Positions 18,672-26,374 of a stretch of DNA of 41,535 nucleotides are shown here, piece after piece. Made by a program: the position numbers and the translations under genes. The notes below the pieces were generated by a model. The model ran no database searches and was not told where the DNA came from. It was given only the letters and a program-made list of their open reading frames with translations. Positions within the stretch are counted from its first letter, which is position 1; each line of letters begins with the position of its first letter. Location of the stretch: IMG/VR virus record IMGVR_UViG_2531839448_000006. One strand, written 5' to 3'. The DNA comes from a virus. Lineage: Duplodnaviria > Heunggongvirae > Uroviricota > Caudoviricetes.

Positions 18672-19730
18672 TTACGCTCCGGCTTCTGCTGCGGCGGCGC
18701 TGAAATCACCAATCTGGATGTTTTCCACCAGTGCGGCGCAGCGGTAGTCCTCAACCACATAGGCTTCATTAACGGATTCAAAGTTTTCAATCCGGTCACG
18801 TTTCGGGTTGTCGATAACTGAACGGCGGCGGGTGTCTTCCTGCCAGTAGATGGACAAGTTATCCAGACGGGTGATCAGCAGTGCATTCGGCGGGAAGAAC
18901 GGCGCACGCACGGCCTGCAGGCCACCCATGCGTTTCTGACTGATGATCATATCGGCAGCGAGTTTTTCACTGTTTTCCTGCTCTTTGTTGACCAGTGGGA
19001 AATACTTGTCAGACAACAGTTCACGACCGCAAATCACCACCAGATCGTCATCGTCCTGGTAGACCACGTCGATAAGCTCATTGACGGCATCCATCACCAC
19101 GGCGTCCAGGTTGGCATATTCGCCACCTTTACCGACTTTCACCGCGCCCGGTGTGGTTTCACCGCCTGTGGTGGTGCTGCCCATGACGTGATCCGGTGCA
19201 TCCTCACGGATTTTCTGCAGCCAGCCTTTGTTCACATCCTGCAGCAGCGGGTTTTCACTACGGTTGGAGGTTTTCGCACGCTTCACGCCGTTAAAGCCGA
19301 TCATGATGCGGTCCAGTGCCTGACGTTTCACGATGGCGTCACGGATACGCACCTGGAAATCCTGAAATTTCGCCCACAGGTCCAGCTTCGCGTAGGTCAG
19401 CACCGTGTCAAAGTTGGTCTGCTCGCATTTGTATTCCACATCGACCATCAGCGTCGGATCGACAGGTTCACGCTCTTTCGCGGTGGTATCAGTGGTTCCG
19501 GCAATGGTGCTGCCAACACCCAACCCCAGCAGCTGACCGGACTGCTCAGTCACTGGCGTGACGTTAATCAGCGTCAGGAAAGCGGCGGACTGCTGGATCT
19601 GGTCTTCCAGCGTCTGCTGTACAGACGGCTCCACGGTGAACTTGCTGGACAGTTCTTCAACTGCCACACCGTTCAGACGCGCCAGCTGCTGCAGGTAAGC
19701 GTTAAAAGCAAAGCGGGTATTCTTCTTCAT
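18672..19730 (-). CDS. N: Major capsid protein N
   Basis: 352 aa; strong similarity to P2 gpN recalled (..TRFAFNAYL..NG..KFTVEPSV..). Confidence 0.9.
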   Translation of the reverse strand: MKKNTRFAFNAYLQQLARLNGVAVEELSSKFTVEPSVQQTLEDQIQQSAAFLTLINVTPVTEQSGQLLGLGVGSTIAGTTDTTAKEREPVDPTLMVDVEYKCEQTNFDTVLTYAKLDLWAKFQDFQVRIRDAIVKRQALDRIMIGFNGVKRAKTSNRSENPLLQDVNKGWLQKIREDAPDHVMGSTTTGGETTPGAVKVGKGGEYANLDAVVMDAVNELIDVVYQDDDDLVVICGRELLSDKYFPLVNKEQENSEKLAADMIISQKRMGGLQAVRAPFFPPNALLITRLDNLSIYWQEDTRRRSVIDNPKRDRIENFESVNEAYVVEDYRCAALVENIQIGDFSAAAAEAGA

Positions 19731-19746
19731 CAGGTTTTGTGCTCCA

Positions 19747-20580
19747 TCAGCAATTGGTCAGAGTGTCAGCGGGGGCGTTACCGCCTGTTGCACGCTGGCG
19801 GTAGTCCTGGCGGCTGTCTTCATGACTCAGCTTATTCACCAGTTCGTTAAAAGCGGTTTGCTGCTCCTGCAGAGCAGTCTCCAGTTCAGACAGGCGTTCT
19901 TCCTGCTCAGACAGGGATTTTTCGGTGCGTGCGCTCAGGTTCTGCTGCTCAGTGGCGACCAGCTCCACGGCCTTATGCACATCAGAGAACCGGGCATCAT
20001 CGGACTGCTCTTTTTTGGTGAACAGCGCCGTGACACGGGCAAACAGGGACGGTTTGTCATCCTGGATTTCTTCCAGTTCGATCACCGTTTCCTCTGCAGC
20101 GGTAAAGAGATTGGCAGGATTCTGCTTGCGGCTTGCCAGCGGGTTATGGGCTGCACTGGCGCTGAATGTCAGCATTTCCGTACCCAGACTGGCTGGATCA
20201 TCAGTGGCAGCCAGGCCGACCAGGTAGGCTTTGCCCGTATCAGCAAACTTCGGGCTGACTTCCATAGAGGTGAATAATTTCTGGCCTTTTTTCACCAGCT
20301 CCACCAGGGACTCCGTTGGCTCAACGTCGGCATACAGCGCCATCTTGCCTGCCAGCGGACCTTCCGTGATTTCTTCAGCAAACAGCGCCGTCACCTTGCC
20401 GTAGCGGTTAAAGGTGCTGTCCGGCAGATAAGACTTGATGTGCTCAAGGTTAATCAGCGCGGTATACACCGCCGGGTTGTAGCTGGCTGCCATCTGTTCC
20501 AGCCATTCACGCTGGATTTCGCGTCCGTCGGTGGTGGCACCTTCCACCCCGATGCGAAAACGCTTTGCTTTCACTGTCAT
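19747..20580 (-). CDS. O: Capsid scaffolding protein O
   Basis: 277 aa at P2 gene O position, divergent from P. Confidence 0.85.
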   Translation of the reverse strand: MTVKAKRFRIGVEGATTDGREIQREWLEQMAASYNPAVYTALINLEHIKSYLPDSTFNRYGKVTALFAEEITEGPLAGKMALYADVEPTESLVELVKKGQKLFTSMEVSPKFADTGKAYLVGLAATDDPASLGTEMLTFSASAAHNPLASRKQNPANLFTAAEETVIELEEIQDDKPSLFARVTALFTKKEQSDDARFSDVHKAVELVATEQQNLSARTEKSLSEQEERLSELETALQEQQTAFNELVNKLSHEDSRQDYRQRATGGNAPADTLTNC

Positions 20581-20658
20581 GAGCCGTGCTCCGTTAGAAA
20601 AAACTTACTGGAGCCTTATGGTTGCGGTGATGGGGGCAGTGAAACAATGCGCGGTATT

Positions 20659-20676
20659 TGTACCGACAACCACACA
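20659..20676. promoter_or_regulatory. Late promoter activator (Ogr) binding site, TGT-N12-ACA, in divergent O/P promoter region
   Basis: TGTACCGACAACCACACA at 20659-20676, about 50 bp upstream of the P start codon (20723). Confidence 0.5.
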
Positions 20677-20722
20677 AACCGCAGGCGGGGAAAGCCTTCA
20701 TTCAAGGCTGTAGGTTTGTGCC

Positions 20723-22489
20723 ATGAACACCACACTGACACCCGCAGATCTCGATCCCCGTCGGCAGGCCATGCTGCTGTACTTTCAGGGATACCGCGTA
20801 GCCCGCATTGCTGAAATGCTGGGCGAGAAAGTTGCAACCGTTCACAGCTGGAAAAAACGCGACAAGTGGGGTGACTATGGGCCGCTGGATCAGATGCAGC
20901 TCACCACCGCCGCACGCTACTGCCAGCTCATTATGAAGGAGCACAAAGAAGGGAAAGATTTCAAAGAGATTGACCTGCTGGCGCGCCAGTCGGAGCGCCA
21001 CGCGCGGATCGGCAAGTTTAACAATGGCGGCAACGAATCCGACTTAAACCCTAACGTCGCCAACCGCAACAAAGGCCCGCGCCGTCAGCCGGAAAAGAAT
21101 GTTTTCACCGATGAGCAGATTGAGAAGCTGGAAGAAATCTTCCATTCCTCCATGTTCAACTACCAGCGCCACTGGTGGGAAGCCGGAAAAACCAACCGCA
21201 TCCGCAACCTGCTGAAGTCACGCCAGATCGGCGCGACCTTTTACTTTGCCCGTGAAGCCCTGATTGACGCTCTGCTTACCGGACGTAACCAGATTTTTCT
21301 TTCCGCCAGCAAGGCACAGGCTCACGTCTTTAAGCAGTACATCATAGACTTCGCCAAAGAAGTCGAGGTGGAGCTGAAAGGCGATCCGATGGTGCTTCCT
21401 AACGGAGCCACGCTTTACTTCCTCGGCACCAATGCCCGCACGGCCCAGAGTTACCACGGCAACCTGTATCTGGATGAATATTTCTGGATACCGAAATTCC
21501 AGGAGCTGCGCAAAGTGGCTTCTGGTATGGCTATTCACAAAAAATGGCGACAAACCTATTTTTCCACGCCATCCAGCCTGACACACAGTGCTTATCCGTT
21601 CTGGTCCGGTGCGCTGTTCAACCGTGGGCGCAATAAAGCCGATAAGGTGGACATCGACCTGTCCCACAGCAATCTGGCCCCCGGCCTGCTGTGCGCAGAC
21701 GGGCAATACCGCCAGATAGTCACCGTGGAAGATGCAGTGCGCGGCGGATGTAACCTTTTCGACCTCGATCAGTTGCGCATGGAGTACAGCCCGGACGAAT
21801 ACCAGAACCTGCTGATGTGCGAGTTTGTGGACGATCTCGCGTCCGTGTTCCCGCTCAGCGAGCTGCAGGCGTGCATGGTGGACAGTTGGGAAGTCTGGAC
21901 CGACTTTCATGCACTGGCCCTGCGCCCGTTTGGCTGGCGCGAAGTGTGGATCGGTTATGACCCGGCAAAAGGTACGCAAAACGGCGACAGCGCCGGGTGC
22001 GTGGTGGTGGCACCGCCAGCCGTGCCGGGCGGTAAGTTCCGCATTCTTGAGCGTCACCAGTGGCGCGGGATGGACTTCCGCGCCCAGGCTAACGCCATCA
22101 AAAAACTGACTGAACAGTACAACGTGACATACATCGGTATCGACTCAACCGGCGTCGGTCACGGGGTTTACGAGAACGTGAAAGCGTTTTTTCCTGCCGT
22201 CCGGGAGTTTGTCTACAACCCCAACGTTAAAAACGCCCTGGTACTCAAGGCCTACGACATTATTAGCCACCGCCGCCTGGAGTTTGACGCCGGGCACACC
22301 GACATAGCGCAGTCCTTTATGGCAATCCGTCGCGCCACCACTGCCAGCGGCAACCGCCCGACCTATGAGGCCAGCCGCAGCGAAGAAGCCAGCCACGCCG
22401 ATCTGGCCTGGGCAACAATGCACGCACTGTTTAACGAACCGCTGCAGGGCGAGTCCGCCAATACCAGCAATATTGTGGAGATTTTTTGA
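20723..22489 (+). CDS. P: Terminase large (ATPase) subunit P
   Basis: 588 aa (P2 gpP about 590 aa); conserved position and orientation. Confidence 0.9.
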   Translation: MNTTLTPADLDPRRQAMLLYFQGYRVARIAEMLGEKVATVHSWKKRDKWGDYGPLDQMQLTTAARYCQLIMKEHKEGKDFKEIDLLARQSERHARIGKFNNGGNESDLNPNVANRNKGPRRQPEKNVFTDEQIEKLEEIFHSSMFNYQRHWWEAGKTNRIRNLLKSRQIGATFYFAREALIDALLTGRNQIFLSASKAQAHVFKQYIIDFAKEVEVELKGDPMVLPNGATLYFLGTNARTAQSYHGNLYLDEYFWIPKFQELRKVASGMAIHKKWRQTYFSTPSSLTHSAYPFWSGALFNRGRNKADKVDIDLSHSNLAPGLLCADGQYRQIVTVEDAVRGGCNLFDLDQLRMEYSPDEYQNLLMCEFVDDLASVFPLSELQACMVDSWEVWTDFHALALRPFGWREVWIGYDPAKGTQNGDSAGCVVVAPPAVPGGKFRILERHQWRGMDFRAQANAIKKLTEQYNVTYIGIDSTGVGHGVYENVKAFFPAVREFVYNPNVKNALVLKAYDIISHRRLEFDAGHTDIAQSFMAIRRATTASGNRPTYEASRSEEASHADLAWATMHALFNEPLQGESANTSNIVEIF

Positions 22490-23514
22490 TGGGAAAGAGT
22501 AAGAAAAACCGCGCTGCGGCGACGAATCAGCTCAAGCATAAAAGCCAAACTTCAGCCGAAGCATTCAGCTTTGGCGATCCCGTTCCTGTTCTGGACCGCC
22601 GTGAACTGCTGGACTATGTGGAATGCGTACAGATGGACCGCTGGTATGAGCCGCCCGTCAGCTTTGACGGACTGGCACGAACCTTCCGCGCCGCCGTGCA
22701 TCACAGCTCACCAATTGCGGTGAAATGCAACATTCTGACCAGTACCTACATCCCTCACCCGCTGCTCAGCCAGCAGGCTTTTTCACGTTTTGTGCAGGAC
22801 TATCTGGTATTTGGTAACGCCTACCTGGAGAAACGCACGAACCGCTTCGGTGAAGTTATCGCCCTTGAGCCTGCTCTGGCAAAATACACCCGACGCGGGT
22901 TAGACCTGGATACCTACTGGTTTGTGCAATACGGTATGACAACCCAGCCGTATCAGTTCACGAAAGGCAGCATTTTTCATCTGATGGAACCGGACATCAA
23001 CCAGGAGATCTACGGCCTGCCAGGTTATCTTTCTGCCATTCCATCAGCCCTGCTCAACGAGTCCGCCACGCTGTTCCGCCGCAAGTATTACATTAACGGC
23101 AGTCATGCAGGCTTCATCATGTACATGACCGATGCCGCGCAGAACCAGGAGGATGTGAACAACCTCCGCAATGCGATGAAAAGCGCCAAAGGCCCTGGCA
23201 ACTTCCGCAACCTGTTTATGTACTCGCCTAACGGCAAAAAGGACGGGCTTCAGATCATCCCGTTGTCAGAAGTCGCGGCGAAGGATGAGTTTCTGAATAT
23301 CAAAAATGTCAGCCGCGATGACATGATGGCAGCGCATCGTGTGCCGCCGCAAATGATGGGGATTATGCCGAATAATGTTGGGGGGTTTGGGGATGTGGAG
23401 AAGGCAAGCCGTGTGTTTGTTCGTAACGAACTAATACCATTGCAAAAAAGATTGGATGAGTTAAATAATTGGTTAGACGATAAAATAATAACATTTAACA
23501 CATACAATTTTTAA
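22486..23514 (+). CDS. Q: Portal protein Q
   Basis: 342 aa (P2 gpQ about 344 aa); overlaps P stop by 4 nt. Confidence 0.9.
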   Translation: MMGKSKKNRAAATNQLKHKSQTSAEAFSFGDPVPVLDRRELLDYVECVQMDRWYEPPVSFDGLARTFRAAVHHSSPIAVKCNILTSTYIPHPLLSQQAFSRFVQDYLVFGNAYLEKRTNRFGEVIALEPALAKYTRRGLDLDTYWFVQYGMTTQPYQFTKGSIFHLMEPDINQEIYGLPGYLSAIPSALLNESATLFRRKYYINGSHAGFIMYMTDAAQNQEDVNNLRNAMKSAKGPGNFRNLFMYSPNGKKDGLQIIPLSEVAAKDEFLNIKNVSRDDMMAAHRVPPQMMGIMPNNVGGFGDVEKASRVFVRNELIPLQKRLDELNNWLDDKIITFNTYNF

Positions 23515-23519
23515 AGCAA

Positions 23520-23539
23520 GCCCTCAATCGAGGGCTTTT
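23520..23539 (+). terminator. Rho-independent terminator after Q (possibly bidirectional)
   Basis: Stem GCCCTC / GAGGGC with AATC loop followed by TTTT, 6 bp after the Q stop codon and 6 bp before the convergent cassette gene stop. Confidence 0.55.
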
Positions 23540-23544
23540 GAAAA

Positions 23545-24066
23545 TCAGTTAATCAGTTTATTTAATGACTTAGACCACTTCTGTCCCAAATCATCAATAT
23601 CAAAATCACCATCTCGCTGCTGCCATTTAAAAACTAAGGCTATAAGTTCACTCTTGAGGATTCTTTTATAATAATCCTTAGATTTTAATTGCTCAAGTAT
23701 ATGTTCACCAACCTCAGCAAGCTTTCTATGATTTAATTCTGACAGATCTCGATGCAAATGGTTAACTGATTTATACAAAGTATTTCCTTCAGTACGAGAA
23801 ATATCAATACCTTTATCTTCAAACCATTGTGAATCAAGCCAAACCAAATCTATCGTAGCTGGCTCTGACATCGTGGTGGCAAGGGCAACAATAATTTTCT
23901 CTACCGATTCATCTTGAAAATCGATAGAGTCAGAAACCCAAACTGACAAGGTGTTATTAGAGGTCCTTGTGCAACCTGTTATCGCGTCTGCGGATATATT
24001 GTCAGGTGCTCTACCTTTATTACATTCCCATTTACTATGGGATATTTTACGCAATAAATATGTCAT
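23545..24066 (-). CDS. Hypothetical protein, third gene of AT-rich three-gene accessory operon
   Basis: 173-aa ORF; ATG overlaps upstream stop (TAATG) indicating translational coupling; no motif recognisable by eye; AT-rich versus prophage core. Confidence 0.6.
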   Translation of the reverse strand: MTYLLRKISHSKWECNKGRAPDNISADAITGCTRTSNNTLSVWVSDSIDFQDESVEKIIVALATTMSEPATIDLVWLDSQWFEDKGIDISRTEGNTLYKSVNHLHRDLSELNHRKLAEVGEHILEQLKSKDYYKRILKSELIALVFKWQQRDGDFDIDDLGQKWSKSLNKLIN

Positions 24067-24713
24067 TATAGACTTCTCAAATATCCTATAACTGCTTCTT
24101 TATATTCTTCCACCCAATCAGCATCAAATTTCCTCATTCTTTCAAGGACTGGAATAAATGATTTTTCCCCCCAAGACTCAACTGCACGGATCGCTGCCTC
24201 AAATATAAGTTCATTCTCAAGAGAACAAACTCCCATAATCATAGCGTCAGCTTTATTACCTAACCATTCATATTCAATAGTCGATGCAAAATTAATGAAG
24301 TTCTTTACATGTTGATCATTCATTCTGTACAATTGTACCCATGTCCTTTGAAAGGACTCTTGGAATAAATCCTGATTTTTATCATACAAGAACTCCATGT
24401 AAATCTGTGTCTTGCTTATCTCGCCTTCAATGTAATCTTCTGAACATGTTAACTCAATTAGTCTAGAGGTACATTTTGAAACCTGAATTTCAAAGTTCTG
24501 CTTAGTTGACGAACCTTGATTTATTGACTCAGTCTCTAATTGAAAGCCACCATTTGTTTTGCTATGTGACAGCTCATTTCTTTTAATATCAGCGTAAATG
24601 ATATTGTTACCATCATAATAATCAGAAAATGCACCTATTGAACTTACCCCATTTTTAAACTTAGGTAAGCCAAAAGGCTTTTCATCACTTATTATAAAAC
24701 TATTCTTTACCAT
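24066..24713 (-). CDS. Hypothetical protein, second gene of three-gene accessory operon
   Basis: 215-aa ORF starting 10 nt after the upstream stop with GGTGA just upstream of the ATG; no recognisable motif. Confidence 0.6.
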   Translation of the reverse strand: MVKNSFIISDEKPFGLPKFKNGVSSIGAFSDYYDGNNIIYADIKRNELSHSKTNGGFQLETESINQGSSTKQNFEIQVSKCTSRLIELTCSEDYIEGEISKTQIYMEFLYDKNQDLFQESFQRTWVQLYRMNDQHVKNFINFASTIEYEWLGNKADAMIMGVCSLENELIFEAAIRAVESWGEKSFIPVLERMRKFDADWVEEYKEAVIGYLRSL

Positions 24714-24722
24714 AGCATCACC

Positions 24723-25418
24723 TTACAGAGAAGTGTAGCGTTGTAAATTATCAATAGTTTTAAGATTGTCCTGACACAATAACTCTAGCACGCGGATATA
24801 TTCATCCCAACCAAACCGCATATATCCATTTTGAGGAAGAGTATTAGTATCAGTTTCAAATAATACGCAATCACTTGGCATACCATTATTCAAAAATGGA
24901 GCTGAAATTTCAGCGCGTCTAATTGTACTAATACTATTAATTTCTTCCTGATACTCTTCAATATTTTTCCTTACAGCTATACGATTGTCCCACTCAAATG
25001 GATTAACACCTTTATAGGTAAACAAAGCATTGTAAAGCGAAAAGTAAACAGATTCATCCCCTTGATAGATACGTGAATTCAGAACAGCTATCCTATTTCC
25101 TTTTTTCATCGGAAATACGTTTTGTAGTTCCCTAGATATAGATAGAACCATTTCTGAAAACGCTTGAGGTTCCCCCCCCAAACCATTAAAAATGATTCCA
25201 TGGCTAGGAAACTCGACTCTTACTGTTTGATTGGTATCTACCATGATAAGAATTTGCTTTTTCTCACCAGTGATGGCATTAATCTCCTGACCAAAAGTAG
25301 GTACAAATCCAAATTTTCCAATCTTATCAAGCATAGATCCAATAGTTAGTGTATTTGGAACTATATCATTATTATTTGTGAAAAAATTAATCTGATGCGT
25401 CTGTTCAATCAATTTCAT
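24723..25418 (-). CDS. Hypothetical protein, first gene of three-gene accessory operon
   Basis: 231-aa ORF with strong RBS (AAGGAG, 5-nt spacer) before ATG at 25416-25418; no recognisable motif. Confidence 0.6.
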   Translation of the reverse strand: MKLIEQTHQINFFTNNNDIVPNTLTIGSMLDKIGKFGFVPTFGQEINAITGEKKQILIMVDTNQTVRVEFPSHGIIFNGLGGEPQAFSEMVLSISRELQNVFPMKKGNRIAVLNSRIYQGDESVYFSLYNALFTYKGVNPFEWDNRIAVRKNIEEYQEEINSISTIRRAEISAPFLNNGMPSDCVLFETDTNTLPQNGYMRFGWDEYIRVLELLCQDNLKTIDNLQRYTSL

Positions 25419-25565
25419 AATTGCTCCTTGTTCAAAAAAACACCACCGCTCAGTGGTTCCTCTCTGTTAAAATATTCTAGTTCAACTTACTCTCAATATG
25501 AATCAAAGCTTAACCCTGGTTGGTAATTAAGTCACACTTTTCTTCATAGTAAGGGATTTCGCGCG

Positions 25566-25584
25566 CTCGTATCCCCGCCACGCC
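25566..25584. other. Candidate cos (cohesive end) site
   Basis: Reverse complement reads GGCGTGGCGGGGATACGAG, resembling the P2/186 cohesive-end sequence as I recall it (GGCG.GGCGGGGAAAGCA.); recalled, not verified. Confidence 0.3.
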
Positions 25585-25624
25585 TGCCCGCTTTATGTAG
25601 TGGTTTTCATGCACCTGCATGAGC

Positions 25625-25653
25625 TACGCAAAAGCCCGCCAGTTCTGGCGGGC
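25625..25653 (-). terminator. Rho-independent terminator downstream of the LexA-regulated operon
   Basis: GC-rich stem GCCCGCCAG / CTGGCGGGC (25634-25653) followed on the minus strand by TTTTGCG. Confidence 0.5.
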
Positions 25654-25788
25654 CTTAGCAAAAACGATCCTCAAACGATCATGCGATCTCATGCGGCATA
25701 GACATGCACTACAGAGCTAACGCCTCGCAAGGGCTCGTTGTTCAACCTTGCTGACGCCAGAAGCAAGTTCAGACGCCAGCAACGTTTC

Positions 25789-26022
25789 TTAATGCAGCCA
25801 GCTGTCGTCTTCCCACACCTTCTGCATAATTTTCATCACTTGTTTTCTTTCTTCGTCCAGTTGCAGTCCGGTTAGTTCCACACCGTTAGAGCTACCTTTG
25901 CGAATGCGAATTACCGTTTTGGGATACAGGGGGCGCAGATTGCGGTAAAGCTCGGATTCAAGGGCGTCCAGGGTAGACTGGCTAATCTTCTGCTCTTTAT
26001 CGATCATTATTTCAATGCGCAT
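25789..26022 (-). CDS. DinI-family protein
   Basis: 77 aa from ATG at 26020-26022 (SD GAGGTG upstream); MRIEIMIDKEQ...ELYRNL...VWEDDSWL resembles DinI (recalled). Confidence 0.7.
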   Translation of the reverse strand: MRIEIMIDKEQKISQSTLDALESELYRNLRPLYPKTVIRIRKGSSNGVELTGLQLDEERKQVMKIMQKVWEDDSWLH

Positions 26023-26032
26023 AAAAGTCACC

Positions 26033-26221
26033 TCAGCTGATGACATCCATTGAGCGGTTGTATTCGTGGGTTCTGATTTTTGCCATGAGTTCATCAGTCA
26101 ATTCAGAAACCCACTGCAGAGCCAGCCCCTTCTCTTCATCACTACACTCACTAGCCGCTACAAGCTTAAGAAAAAAATCAATGCGCTGGAGCTTCAAAGA
26201 CTCCAAAAAATAGTCCTGCAT
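26033..26221 (-). CDS. Small SOS-regulated protein (candidate Tum-like antirepressor)
   Basis: 62 aa from ATG at 26219-26221 preceded by GGAGGA; LexA box 45-60 bp upstream; first gene of a two-gene operon with the DinI-like gene. Function inferred from position by analogy with phage 186 tum. Confidence 0.45.
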   Translation of the reverse strand: MQDYFLESLKLQRIDFFLKLVAASECSDEEKGLALQWVSELTDELMAKIRTHEYNRSMDVIS

Positions 26222-26264
26222 CTTTCCTCCTATGACACCACACGCAATACTGTATGTATAACCA

Positions 26265-26280
26265 CTGTTTATATTTACAG
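26265..26280 (-). promoter_or_regulatory. LexA operator (SOS box)
   Basis: CTGTTTATATTTACAG matches CTGT-N8-ACAG with AT-rich spacer; overlapped by a second partial half-site upstream (TACTGTATGTATAACC). Confidence 0.7.
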
Positions 26281-26374
26281 TATATAATAATCTTACTGAT
26301 GTAAAACGTTTTTTTACATTCATCAGCCTGATATGCCTGGTATTATTAAGAGCACGAATTGTTAACCCGCGTAA

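Noticed and set aside
23515-26374. P2 old or tin exclusion genes
   Set aside because: No ORF in this interval has the size or motifs of Old (ATPase/TOPRIM) or Tin; the locus is occupied by the three-gene cassette and the SOS operon instead.
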